64,000 nt of DNA. Origin: a virus. A program made the translations under genes and the position numbers. The notes under the pieces are model-generated. The model was given only the letters and a program-made list of their open reading frames with translations, had not been told where the DNA came from and ran no database searches. Of this stretch, positions 29,303-40,048 are shown one piece after another; the first letter of the stretch is position 1, and each line of letters opens with the position of its first letter. Location of the stretch: IMG/VR virus record IMGVR_UViG_3300032308_002775, positions 89,670 to 153,669 of that record. One strand, given 5' to 3'.

Positions 29303-30348
29303 TGGATCCGGCCGCCAAGATTCTCGACCCGATGATGCCCGACCTTGCGAATCCTCCCCAGGTTCGCAAGCGTCGGGCACCGAAACACGATTTCAAGGAC
29401 GGCAAGGGCCGTGTATTTGCGCATCGTCACGACAACGGCGGCGGTTGGGTTGCCGACACGGCCTGGGTAGCGCCGACAGCGAAGGTCACACGCAACGCCC
29501 AGGTTTTCGACTACGCCCGCGTTCACGACAACTGCGAGATTACCGGCCAAGCCCGCGTCTTCAACCGCGCGCGGCTCTTCGATAGCGTTGTACTCTCGCA
29601 GCGCGCTGCCGTACATGGCCTCGCCATGGTGCGCAACAGCGCCACAGTCAAAGACAACTGCCAGATCTTCGGCAGTGCGCATGTGTGCGGTAACACCCAC
29701 CTAAACAACAACGTGCACATCTATGACCACGCCGTAGTTATCAATTCCAATCTTTGCGGTCCGCGCCGCCAAGACTTTTTTGGCGTTGTTCGTGGCGCCG
29801 CGCGCGTGCTTAATTCGCGGTTTCACAACTGGTTCTCTGTGAGCGATGCAAGTTTGCTTGAAAACGCGCACATCCAGAACGTTGTAACGACATACTCAGC
29901 GCGTGTTGTCAATTCGTCCGTGTTCACCAACATTTCGTGGACTTACCACTCGTGGCTCAACGGACAGATCAAAGACCTACCAGAGAATCACGCGCCATAC
30001 AACGCAGATTCAGTGATTCAGGTGGTTGGTACCGTTATCAACTCCGCCATCAACACCACGCCTTGGCGAGTCCATGAGCGCGCGCAGTTTGTAAATTGCA
30101 CACTTATGTGCGCAATGACCGGCCTGCCAACCGACAACACAGCGTTGCACGACGTGTTAGACCCGTTTGACCGCGCTATGGTGGGCGCGGAAGCGCGGCA
30201 GCTAGAAGCTATTACCAACGCGGTAAACCGAATCATGAATCCGGCAGCCGTTGCGGCAACAGCGCCAATCCCGGCCATCGCCGCGCGTGGAGAAGCCAAC
30301 TTCGAAGCTGTGCGCCAGCGCCGCATCATGCGGATGGAGGAAACGTGA
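29302..30348 (+). CDS. Left-handed beta-helix (hexapeptide-repeat-like) protein
   Basis: GGWVADTA.V followed by 6-residue A.V.D/G repeats. Confidence 0.65.
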   Translation: MDPAAKILDPMMPDLANPPQVRKRRAPKHDFKDGKGRVFAHRHDNGGGWVADTAWVAPTAKVTRNAQVFDYARVHDNCEITGQARVFNRARLFDSVVLSQRAAVHGLAMVRNSATVKDNCQIFGSAHVCGNTHLNNNVHIYDHAVVINSNLCGPRRQDFFGVVRGAARVLNSRFHNWFSVSDASLLENAHIQNVVTTYSARVVNSSVFTNISWTYHSWLNGQIKDLPENHAPYNADSVIQVVGTVINSAINTTPWRVHERAQFVNCTLMCAMTGLPTDNTALHDVLDPFDRAMVGAEARQLEAITNAVNRIMNPAAVAATAPIPAIAARGEANFEAVRQRRIMRMEET

Positions 30349-30617
30349 ACCTGTACATCCGACCCGACGGCACACTCCAGGCGATCTACGGCGAGGACGT
30401 CGATCTGGGCGCGCTTGGCGCCGTAAACGTCCGCCGCGCGTCTCATGTCGAGCCCGCGGCCAACGGACCGGGCTGGACTGCCGACCTTACCCCAGTCGGC
30501 GGTCCGGTCCTGGGGCCGTTCCAGAAACGCAGCGAGGCCCTGACGGCCGAGATCGCGTGGCTGGACACACGCCTGGCCAACGGACCAGTCACGGTCAGCG
30601 GAGGCGGCGGTGAGTAG
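30345..30617 (+). CDS. Small protein of the AAA cluster
   Basis: IRPDGT...IYGE.VDL..LG....RRASHVEP...W.ADL.P..GP.LGPF..RSEAL.AE..WL. Confidence 0.7.
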   Translation: MNLYIRPDGTLQAIYGEDVDLGALGAVNVRRASHVEPAANGPGWTADLTPVGGPVLGPFQKRSEALTAEIAWLDTRLANGPVTVSGGGGE

Positions 30618-30939
30618 CTGTGTGCCGTGGACTTTTGAAGACTTCGAAGGCGACAATCCGTTTGAAAGCGCCGGTACGTTTGATTTCAACATCTGGTACG
30701 AGCTGGACTACCCAGACCCAGAGCAGCCTGCTTTTTACTCTGCAGATTTTGAGATCACTGGCGTCACCTGCACGCATGTAAAATTTGACGGTGGCGGTGA
30801 CGTACGCCGGGCAACCGACGACGAAAACGAACAGCTGGCCGACTGGTTCTCCAGCTATATCGACGGCCATCTCGACGAGTACGAGGCAATCAAGGACCAC
30901 GCGTTTCAGTACAGTTTTGTGGACGCAGACGACGAATAA
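30610..30939 (+). CDS. Acidic hypothetical protein
   Basis: GTG start; SD GGAGG. Confidence 0.6.
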   Translation: MSSCVPWTFEDFEGDNPFESAGTFDFNIWYELDYPDPEQPAFYSADFEITGVTCTHVKFDGGGDVRRATDDENEQLADWFSSYIDGHLDEYEAIKDHAFQYSFVDADDE

Positions 30940-30996
30940 CGGTTTGCAACGCATCAACATGTAAACTGATAACGTTCCCCCGCTGGGAGAAACGTT

Positions 30997-31704
30997 ATGT
31001 TTACACGACTGTTGTTGCTGTTGTCGTTGACGTTTGCTTGTCTCTCCGTTCCGGCCAACGAGCCGGAATTTTCGTTTCTGAAACCCGTGTGGGAGGAGAA
31101 CGCGCAGCTGCCGCCCAGCCTGCGCTGCATCGAAGCTAGACTCGAGCGCAATCATGACCTGCGCGTCGAGGACCAGATCACCTGGGCGCACGAGGGCACG
31201 CACTACATCGACGCGCGCCTCAGTCGTTCTCCAGTGAGAGCCTTCTATTGCCTCCGCGGCAGGGTTGCGCGGTTTCGCAATCCTCGGATATCTATAACCC
31301 AAGTCGCGCGGGCCACACCGCCTGCGTTGCGAGGGACAATCTTCAACACGTATCTGAACAACCCAGACAAACGTGTGTGGGACGATGACCCGCTGTACGT
31401 CGTCCACGAATGGAACGCCTACACCAACGGCTCCCAGGTCCGCAAAGAGTTGGGCTGGGAACGTCGTGGTGAGACTTTGGCGCATATGGCGGAAATGGGG
31501 GTTTACGTCTCTGTCTTTGTTTCCTTGACAGAGTTGAAAGACCCTGCCTATGATCTCGGGCCTCTCGTGGCGTTTGTTCGATGGAACGCGTTGCGAGGGA
31601 AAGAGATCGCGGGCGACCAATGGAATGGTCTCCCGGCGTTCGTTGCGGCCGCACAGCAAGCGTATGCTCCGGCCTTGGATCTGATGTTTCTTGAAAAGGA
31701 GTGA
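30997..31704 (+). CDS. Secreted putative zinc metalloprotease
   Basis: N-terminal signal peptide; HEGTH (HExxH) and a downstream HEWNAY. Confidence 0.6.
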   Translation: MFTRLLLLLSLTFACLSVPANEPEFSFLKPVWEENAQLPPSLRCIEARLERNHDLRVEDQITWAHEGTHYIDARLSRSPVRAFYCLRGRVARFRNPRISITQVARATPPALRGTIFNTYLNNPDKRVWDDDPLYVVHEWNAYTNGSQVRKELGWERRGETLAHMAEMGVYVSVFVSLTELKDPAYDLGPLVAFVRWNALRGKEIAGDQWNGLPAFVAAAQQAYAPALDLMFLEKE

Positions 31705-31707
31705 GTT

Positions 31708-32085
31708 ATGAAGTCTGTTTTCTTTGCCCTTGTTGCGATCGTCTGTGGTTCGGCTCTTGCCGGTGAGTCGGTGAGCGTGCTCAAGCACAGCGACACCGTT
31801 GCGACGACCCCTGCCCCCGCTGCCGCTGCGCCTGTCGCAGTTCCGGCCAACGAGGTGCTTGTCGTCGAGAGCCAGCCTGCACGGCAGATCGTGATTGTCG
31901 AGGGCGCCCCGCGGCGCTGCGTGAACGGCCGTTGCAGCACCAGCTCCCGCTCGGTCTGCACGGGCCCGAACTGCCAGAAGTACGTTGTGCAGGAAGACGC
32001 CACCGAAACCGTGCGAAAGCGCTGGTTTGGCGGCGGCTACGTGGTCCGGAACAACGCCCGTACGGTCGTCAAGCCGGTTCGCTGA
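31708..32085 (+). CDS. Secreted small protein with a CxNGxC motif
   Basis: Signal peptide ending ALA; CVNGRC and CTGPNC; SD AAGGAG. Confidence 0.65.
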   Translation: MKSVFFALVAIVCGSALAGESVSVLKHSDTVATTPAPAAAAPVAVPANEVLVVESQPARQIVIVEGAPRRCVNGRCSTSSRSVCTGPNCQKYVVQEDATETVRKRWFGGGYVVRNNARTVVKPVR

Positions 32086-32178
32086 TTCGATCAGCCTGAC
32101 AATCTCCTTGCCACGGAGGGCGCATGGGTGTGTACCTGTGCGCCCTCCGTCTTTACACCCCCAACCCAAGACAAAATC

Positions 32179-32418
32179 ATGCCCACGTTTCGCATCAACG
32201 TGTCTGAACAGCACCACAAAGAATTCGTCGTCACCTGCGACGACCGCCGAAAGGCTGAGGAGCTAGCGGCCAGCATCTTGACTGACGGAGAAATAATGTC
32301 GGCCTTGACTACAAAGCCGATTCTTCGCACACACGACTCTAAGTCGACTGACTGCCAGATCAACGAAGAGCCGACCGGTTACTACGACTCCGTAGTCGAA
32401 ACCGCGCTCAACGGTTGA
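32179..32418 (+). CDS. Hypothetical protein
   Basis: ATG after an intergenic hairpin. Confidence 0.5.
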   Translation: MPTFRINVSEQHHKEFVVTCDDRRKAEELAASILTDGEIMSALTTKPILRTHDSKSTDCQINEEPTGYYDSVVETALNG

Positions 32419-32441
32419 CCCCTTCTAACCCCAAGGACACC

Positions 32442-33983
32442 ATGGCACGACTGACCAAGCGCCAGAAGACGATCATTTCCGATGTCGTGAGCCGCTGGGC
32501 TCACACTATCAGCGGCACCGAGCCAGAAACCGTCGAGCGGGTGCAGGCCATTCTGGACCCGGTCTATCGCAGAGAGAAACTCATTCGCCACGTTAAGGTC
32601 AAGAAAAAGAAGAAGAACGACACCCGCTGGCGCGGCTGGCGCACGATTACAAAACGCCTGTCAGCGCCAAAGATCCACGTCGTTCACTCGCCGATCGCGT
32701 TCCGAATCGCCGCAGGTGTTCTCCGCGGGCGGCTTTCCAAGAAGCGCGCCAAAGAGATCTGCCAAGCTTTCGGCGTCACTGACACGTTTGTTGACGGTTT
32801 GAAACGGGACACGCTGTTCCGGACCCGCCAGGACCCGCACTGGTACCGAAACTGCTCAGCGCTGACTGAGGCGTGGGACGAGACGATGCGCGACCCGATT
32901 CGAGGAGCGCTCTTGGCCTTGTTTGACGAAGACGAAAACGGCGTGTCGCAAAACGAGGCGCTGGCTCGCCGCGCTCGCCGAAGACGACGCGGCGAAACGC
33001 GCGCTGACGCAACCAGAGAACGATATCGCGCCATGTTCACCAAGATGTTTGGCGACCGCGTGCCCGCGTCGCGAAACCTGCTGAAACGAAATCTGGAAAA
33101 CAACAACCTGTGGCAGGTAATGTTGCCAATTAACAGACAAAATTTTGGCGCAACAGATAGCCGCACTGCGCTGGGCAACTTCTGGCAGAACGAGAACGGC
33201 GGCGGTGCCTCACGCGAGCTGCTTGAAATTCCGCACAGCCCCGGCGAGCGCACGTCGCTGCACATTCGCCTGGAGTCCGCTACTCTGGATGAAAGCTGGA
33301 CGACAACCGCCGTCGACGCTGAGATCATGTGCGCCGGATTGCAGTTTCGTGAACACACGCAAACTTGGCGCAATGACATGCTCCACGCAGCTTCGGTCGT
33401 GATGACGTTCCACACGCAGGCCCTGGTGTTGCTAGGCCGCCCTGCGCTGCACTGCAACCGGGAAGGCGAGCTGCACAACGATGAAGGTCCGGCCGTGGTC
33501 TACGCTGACGGCGCCAAGCAGTACTACCTCGACGGTCATGCCCTGGGCGCACTCGGCGACAAGATCGTCGAAAAGCCCGAAACTCTCACGCTTGCCGACA
33601 TTAACGGCGAGCGCAACGAAGAGGTCAAACGGCTGGCAATCTCGGCTTACGGCTGGTCGCGCTATCTCGACGAGATCGGCGCCGAGGTGATTGACCGGCG
33701 CCGAAACGACGTGGACAACACCGTCGAAGCGCTCGTTCGAATTGCGGAAAATGTCCCGTCGGCGCGTTGGGACAATTTTAATCGCCGCATGCTCGAAACC
33801 AACACCACGATTTACAAGAACAAGTTGGTATTGGCTTGCCGCTCCACGGCGCGGCAATATTTCCTGTCCGTGCCTGATTTCATCAATACCTGCGAAGCGG
33901 GCCAGCAGTGGCTCCATGCAGGTGCAGCCACCGATGTCGTGGACGTTATGAATCATCCCGTGCGCCTGATTGGCGCGTCCTGA
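32442..33983 (+). CDS. DUF6745-like domain protein
   Basis: RP..L.....GELHNDEGPAV.YADG...YYLDG ... I..ERN.EVKR.AI..YGW..YL; C.ST.R.Y.L.VP. Confidence 0.7.
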   Translation: MARLTKRQKTIISDVVSRWAHTISGTEPETVERVQAILDPVYRREKLIRHVKVKKKKKNDTRWRGWRTITKRLSAPKIHVVHSPIAFRIAAGVLRGRLSKKRAKEICQAFGVTDTFVDGLKRDTLFRTRQDPHWYRNCSALTEAWDETMRDPIRGALLALFDEDENGVSQNEALARRARRRRRGETRADATRERYRAMFTKMFGDRVPASRNLLKRNLENNNLWQVMLPINRQNFGATDSRTALGNFWQNENGGGASRELLEIPHSPGERTSLHIRLESATLDESWTTTAVDAEIMCAGLQFREHTQTWRNDMLHAASVVMTFHTQALVLLGRPALHCNREGELHNDEGPAVVYADGAKQYYLDGHALGALGDKIVEKPETLTLADINGERNEEVKRLAISAYGWSRYLDEIGAEVIDRRRNDVDNTVEALVRIAENVPSARWDNFNRRMLETNTTIYKNKLVLACRSTARQYFLSVPDFINTCEAGQQWLHAGAATDVVDVMNHPVRLIGAS

Positions 33984-34003
33984 ACAGCAACCAAGGAGCT
34001 ACC

Positions 34004-34567
34004 ATGAGCACCGCTACTCTCAAGAAGAGCCGCGTTTCCCAAACTCTCAGCCAGATCGCCGATGCGGTCGAGGCCGTCAAGAACGACGGTCTGCAGATCT
34101 TCAGCGAGGCCGCCAGTGTCGGCGACAGCCTCCGCCAGGGCGACGTCGTCCTGCAGTATCTCGGCAATAACGCCGCTATCCCCGCCCATATCTATCGCAA
34201 GCTCGACACGCCCGTCCTCCAGCTCGCTCCGGGCAGCAGCAAGGGCAGCCGCCACATCCTCTCCAGCGCCGAGGGCGTCGAGATGTGGGAGCCGGTTCCC
34301 ACGGACGAGGCCTGCGCTCGGTACGTTTACGCGAAGCACGGCCAGAAGTTCCCCAAGGGCGCCGTTAGTTGGCATCTCGATCACGCCGAAGAGCGCGGCG
34401 CACTCGAGACGGCCATGGCGATGGCTGGTCCGATCTTCCAGCTCTCGCAGCCGACCGTGCTGACCCACCCCGAGCACGGCGACTGGCAGCTCCCCTGCGG
34501 CACCTACCGCGTGATCTTCCAGCGGACGCTGGATGAGCAGGAGCGGATCCAGCGGGTCCTCGACTGA
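34004..34567 (+). CDS. Partner protein of DUF6745 genes
   Basis: RQGDV, LA.G...G.RH and HPEH....LP.G.YRV..QR...RV.D motifs. Confidence 0.7.
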   Translation: MSTATLKKSRVSQTLSQIADAVEAVKNDGLQIFSEAASVGDSLRQGDVVLQYLGNNAAIPAHIYRKLDTPVLQLAPGSSKGSRHILSSAEGVEMWEPVPTDEACARYVYAKHGQKFPKGAVSWHLDHAEERGALETAMAMAGPIFQLSQPTVLTHPEHGDWQLPCGTYRVIFQRTLDEQERIQRVLD

Positions 34568-34658
34568 TCGATCGATAGATATCTTTGGGCGGGAGTCCGT
34601 GTGTACGGACTCCGCGTCCTCTCTCTCTTCACGGCAGCGCACACCACCAGGAGTTTTT

Positions 34659-34946
34659 ATGGCAATTGCGCCTCTTCACGTTCAGGTCAAAAGCGGGCCA
34701 GACCAGACCGCTTACGATATTCATCATTTTATTCCAACAGTTCGCGCGTCTTCGCCATCGCCGCTAGGCGCGCGGTATGACTACGTTGTGCTGTACGGCA
34801 ACAAATATGACAGCCCAACGCAGGTTCGCATATTCGTGGATCATGCCGAAGTGCTGGAGCTCTACGACCAGCTCACGCCTATCGTCGAAAAATGGCGCGC
34901 GGGGCAGCTTGAAGTTGCGGCGGCTGGAGAGACGGCGCCGGTATGA
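34659..34946 (+). CDS. Hypothetical protein
   Basis: SD AGGAG. Confidence 0.55.
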   Translation: MAIAPLHVQVKSGPDQTAYDIHHFIPTVRASSPSPLGARYDYVVLYGNKYDSPTQVRIFVDHAEVLELYDQLTPIVEKWRAGQLEVAAAGETAPV

Positions 34947-35371
34947 GCAACACTGAAACAGACGAGTGGTTTGTCAATTATCAACGGCTTGCCGCAGAAA
35001 AAAAGCAGGCAGCCGCGGCCCAGCTTAAGGCCGCCTGCTCTCCGCTGGCGTCGATTGGAATTACACAGATCCACTGGGCGTACGACGGTGCGGGCGACTC
35101 CGGCGACATGGAAAGCCGAACGATCACGGACGTCCACGGCAACTGCGCAGACGAGTACTACGCCGCTGCCGTCAAAGGCCTCAACCAGGAACTTCAGAAG
35201 CAGCTTGCGCTGGAAGAGCTTGAAAAAGCCGTGTGGGAACTGCTACCGGGTGGCTTCGAGATCAACGAAGGCAGCTACGGCGAGGTGATTCTCGACACAG
35301 CGCAGCAGAAGATCAGCGTGCATCACAACGCGCGCATCATAGAGACAGAGTATTCGGAACAAGAGTACTAA
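34943..35371 (+). CDS. DUF6878-like protein
   Basis: YDGAGDSG and GFEINEGSYG motifs. Confidence 0.7.
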   Translation: MSNTETDEWFVNYQRLAAEKKQAAAAQLKAACSPLASIGITQIHWAYDGAGDSGDMESRTITDVHGNCADEYYAAAVKGLNQELQKQLALEELEKAVWELLPGGFEINEGSYGEVILDTAQQKISVHHNARIIETEYSEQEY

Positions 35372-35778
35372 TGGCGCATCCGTACCATCACGCCGTCAGC
35401 TCTGCTCGCAAGTTTGGCGGCGTGCCCGAAGACTACATCAAGTACCACGACTGGCTTGATGGGTCCAAGGCGCACGTCGCCGACTTCCGGCACCGCGCCC
35501 TCCGCCACCACACGGAGGGCATTTTCATGATGGAGCAGCTGTTCGGCTCCACGATGACCAATTCCGACGGCCGCGTCGTGCCGGTGCGCTACATCGGCGA
35601 GCAGCACGTCAAAGAAGACCTGGGGCGCATTCCCACGGTCGCCGACTGGTTGCTCCACATCGAGCCCCAGCGCTGGATGCTCGGCCGCGGCAAAGACTTG
35701 GCCAAGCAGCTCAATGAGACCGCAGGCCCGATTGACATTCCCCAGGAGGAACCGTGCCCGCCATCCGCCTCCGCGTGA
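35371..35778 (+). CDS. DUF6915-like protein
   Basis: MAHPYHHA.SS..KFGG..EDY...HDWLD.SK, RHRALRHH..GIF and EQHV.EDLG.IP...DWL. Confidence 0.8.
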   Translation: MAHPYHHAVSSARKFGGVPEDYIKYHDWLDGSKAHVADFRHRALRHHTEGIFMMEQLFGSTMTNSDGRVVPVRYIGEQHVKEDLGRIPTVADWLLHIEPQRWMLGRGKDLAKQLNETAGPIDIPQEEPCPPSASA

Positions 35779-37565
35779 CCGAAGACGAGCTCAAAGATAT
35801 CAAACCCGATTCGCCGCTCTACAAGCGCGCGGCTGAAGAATTAGCCGAGTTTGCAAACGGCAAACCGTATCGCGAATATGCCCAGGCGCGCCTGCACCGC
35901 GACGGCGATCTAGAAATTGACGACGACGCCGCGGTCAGCCTGGGCGCCGACGACGGCGCATACATCATGTGCTGGAAATGGATCGCCAACGACACGATGC
36001 GCGCTGAGGGTTATTTGGAGACCACCGATGACAATTAACGAGGCAATTGAGAATCTCAAAGCCGCTAAAAAGCGCGGTGTAAAGAGCATCATTCTGGCCT
36101 ACTGGGAAGCCGACCAGTTTCAGCGCCCAGACGACGAGGCGTGGGAACACTCCGCAGAGTTAGTTGAGCGCAAAATGGACTGGTCCGGTACGCACGACGA
36201 CCTGACTATGGTGCTAGACCTTTACACAAGCGAGTAACACATGCCCTCACGCCCAATCGACTATTTCACCGACGAACTCGTCACGATCCTAGAGTTTCTT
36301 CGGGTCGCCGTAAAAGGCTTTCCCAAGACGACCGACAAGATCCTGACCCACATGGACCTGTCTGACGAGGCTTTCATGGAAGCGGTTAACACGCTTGCCG
36401 CCGAGGTCAGCTTTGATTTTGACGATGACGGAACGGATGACGAGGACGACGAATGAGCGCAAACGCAAAGAAACCTAGCAAAAAGCAGCGGGTAATCCAG
36501 GAGCTGCTGGACATGCGCGACCGCCTGGATGACTTGCTCGCTGATCTGTGCCCGCCGTGCCCTGTGTGCTGCCCGCCGCGGTTTCCCCTGTCGCCGGGCG
36601 AGGTTGCCAACCACGGTACCGGCGACATCTTTGTGTGCGAGTATTGCTGGGGCCGCGGCTACAGAGAACCCGACGAGGTTGACGATGGCAAAGAAACCTA
36701 AAAGCCCCGCAAAGCAGCTTAAAGACTGCCAGCAGCGCCTTAGCGACGCCCTGGACGTGCTGGAAAACATCAAATACGCAGCCGACAACGGCGATTGGGA
36801 CATCCTGGACGCCGCGGCAATCGGAGCCGAGCGCGAACTGAAGCGCAACGGCCGCAACCTGGAGGAAGACGATGAATAATACCACCACCAAACGCACTCT
36901 TGCGGTGGAGATAGAGGTCGACGGCGACGCTGACGAATTACAGAAAACGATTGCCGGGCAGTTGACCGGGACCGACGCGTTCTTTGACGACTTCGGCTAC
37001 GGCGCGTGGGGCGGATACGAAGGCCCGTTTCTTGTGGCGTGCACCGTTCGCGATGAACACGGCACGGTCTTGGCGCGTCGCGAGCAACGTGGCAAACCAT
37101 GCGACGGTTGCGGCGATTTTCCGCTGCCAATTGGCATAACCACGTGCGCGGCGTGCCAGACATTCAACGACAATCAGGAAAATGATGCCCCGTAACAGCA
37201 AACGCAGTGTCACAGTTCACCGGTTTCCAACCGCGGAAGCCAACAAGTTCATCGAGATCCAGGTCGCCTATTGCGAGGGCGGCTCCAACTATTTCAACGG
37301 CGGCAACGATGCCCGCGCCTATTACATGCACGTCACGCCGATCAAGATCGACCATTTCGAGGGTGCCGAAATCAAAAGCTACATGATGTTTCGTGGCTAC
37401 AAGTCAAAGCTCGAGGACGCCAATCGGTTCAGCCAGAACAAGTTCTTGACGCTTGTTGAGCAATCGCGCTTGGATTGCGCAAACCAGGCAGACAACGTCA
37501 TGAACATTGTCAACCGCGTTCTGGCCGAAGAGAAGCTCACGCTAGCCGAATCGGTGGCGGTGTGA
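35754..37565 (+). other. Run of about seven small coupled hypothetical ORFs (35754-36038, ~36028-36237, 36241-36456, 36453-36701, ~36685-36879, 36872-37195, 37182-37565)
   Basis: Overlapping or abutting start-stop pairs, typical of phage accessory regions. Confidence 0.55.
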
Positions 37566-37927
37566 GCGAGGCCTACGCCCCGTTTTTGAAGACCGCCCGT
37601 TTTGATATCTTTCACCACCGCGTCGTGCGCAACCCGGAATTGGGGGTGCCGCGCGACATGTATACCGCGTGGTTCCATTCCGAAGACGTGCCCAAACCGG
37701 TGTGCGTCGTCACGATCTACACGTACGAGTTACTTGAACCAAAAGAGAATTCTCAGTTCAGCAGGTTTGTTGAATGGGTTGAAGTAACGTCTGATCATCG
37801 GCGAGAAGGAATCGCAACAGAGGTGTTGCGCGCGTTGCGTGACAAACTCGGCTATCTGAGCCTGAGCGGCGCCACCGACGAAGGCGAGGCTTTTGTCGCG
37901 GCCAAAGAGGAACTCATCAATGCTTAA
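37562..37927 (+). CDS. GNAT-like acetyltransferase
   Basis: VEWVEVTSDHRREGIATEVL; T.EG.AF. Confidence 0.6.
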   Translation: MSEAYAPFLKTARFDIFHHRVVRNPELGVPRDMYTAWFHSEDVPKPVCVVTIYTYELLEPKENSQFSRFVEWVEVTSDHRREGIATEVLRALRDKLGYLSLSGATDEGEAFVAAKEELINA

Positions 37928-37960
37928 GTGCGCGGTCCAAAACCGCTGGGAGGCCACACA

Positions 37961-40048
37961 ATGAGTCAAGACCAACTAGAAGAATGGCAGCTCACGCTGT
38001 CGCCGACCCCCTGGCGCGGCGATCACGGCGAGATTTACGACGCCAACGACAACGTTGTTGTGTGCATGTACGTGCGCAACGAGAAATTTAACGTCGCCGA
38101 CGAGCGGCTGATCGAGGCCGCGCCGATGTTCCTAGAAGCCGCCAGGTTGCTGGCAACACTGGAAAACAACGACGCGCACGACGCCGATACACGCTGGAAA
38201 ACAGCACGAACTATGCTGCGAGCCGCGCTCGACCGTGCAGAAGGGAGAACCGATGCCACAGCTGCGAGTTGAAGCCGATAACGGCTACGACGGAACCATC
38301 AATTACCACATTATTGAGTTTGCTGACGAGCACGAAGAAGATCACGAAGAAGAAGTTGTGGCAACCGTGTATGGCCGCCAAGACATCGCCGAAGCGCTGG
38401 TCGACGCCGTTCAGGCCTTTAACGCACTGGAGAAGATGTGACCGCACGCCTTGCCTACATCATGCGCCACGACGCGGAGTTTGACCCCGCGGCCATGCGC
38501 GAGATCATCTATGACCTGTTTGCCGGAGCGTTCGAGAACGACTGCGGCAGCACCGACGAGATTGTCGACGTCCTGAGCACGGCAATTTTCAAGTACCGGA
38601 TCGCCACCGAGGACGAGCTGGACACCGACAAGGAGTTCATCAAGGACAGCCACGAGGCTGAGAAATACTTCTGCAACTGCATGCGGAAGATTCTGATCGC
38701 CAACGGCTGGAAGCCCGAGATCCTAGATGACTACGCTGTTTGGCCGGACAACCTCTCGGTCGAGACGAACTGGGAGAAGGAGGTCCTGCGCGAACTGGCC
38801 CAGATCCAGGCGGGCCACGACCTAGTGGTACGGGACCAGCTCAGGAAGCTCTGGGAAGAAGAAAAAGCCAAAGAGGAGGCCGCCGCCAAGGCGGAATAGA
38901 TATCTATGCAGCCCCGTGTTTTTAGCAAAGGTATTTTGCAGCGTGTCAACCGCATGGCGCACGTGATGAAGTACAACCGGATCGTTAACGACGAGTATCT
39001 CGACCAACTGCCGGATCAATTTTATGTGCCCTGGTTTGTGATGCTGCATGAGCACAGGGCAGGCAAGCCCTGCGAGCCGCACGTGCGTTGCATTTTTAAC
39101 CACGAGGGCGCCACTTTTGCCATCGACGTTGAAATGGGTTGCTGGGAAATGCTGCCGTCGGCAAGCGAGTTTGTCGAAACGATGGCACAAGTACGCGCAC
39201 AACAAGCCGCCGGAGAAACCAACGTATGAGCATTACACTGATCAAGGCCCGGCAGCAAGAACTGGCCGCCGCGGAGACCGCCCGCCGCAAGGCCATCAAA
39301 GACCGCACAGACGCAGCCAAAGAAGCGTTTGCGCGCACGGGCATCCCAACAACCTGGGCGCAGCTCAAAGACGTCCAGGTACCGCACTGGCGCGGAGACG
39401 GCAGTCGGAATAACATCAACACCAAGCACCTGGTGCCGCTGGCCGAGCACGCCCAGAAGTTTAACGATACGGCGCTAATGCTGTACGACTGGGACGGCGA
39501 AACGCGAATGGGCTGGGCCGTCGAGACCACGGACAAGGGCGCCGTGATTTTCGTGCGGCGTGAGCGTACCTGCGTCACGTCGACCTGGCACACGCCCGAG
39601 GAACTGCAGAAGGATTTCGTCGACTACATGGCGAGGTTTCTGCCGCCGTTGGAGACCGGCGCGTGACAGAACGTATGCAAGTTTGCACGGTCTCGCTCAC
39701 CGTCCGGTACGATCCAGCGCTCACGGATCCCGAAAGTCTGTGCGGTGTCCTCGATCAGCTGTTGGAGACGGCGACGAGCACGCCCGGCATCCTGGAAGAA
39801 TGTGGAAATCCAAGTATCAGTGGTTTTACCCTCGTGGAGTTCAACGAATGACTGTTGTTACGCTTAATCTTGAAAAGCGCGGCGCTAAGGTGCTGCGCGA
39901 GGTTCTTTCTTATGCGCTGTCGAACCTGGACGACCTGAACGAGGCGCTCGACGCGGACGTGCAGGAGGACGAGATCAATTTCTTGCTCAACGTGCTGAAC
40001 AGCCTCGAGCTGGACGCGCCGAGCACAGAAGACGAGCCAAACGAATGA
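37961..40048 (+). other. Run of small coupled hypothetical ORFs (37961-38272, ~38253-38441, 38438-38899, 38906-39229, ~39226-39666, 39663-39851, ~39848-40048)
   Basis: Abutting ORFs with SD motifs. Confidence 0.55.

Noticed and set aside
26510-29380. Long minus-strand ORFs (444 aa, 350 aa) opposite the AAA cluster, and similar ones at 30595-32217 and 60368-61510
   Set aside because: Typical antisense open frames of GC3-rich genes; the + strand frames carry the recognisable motifs.
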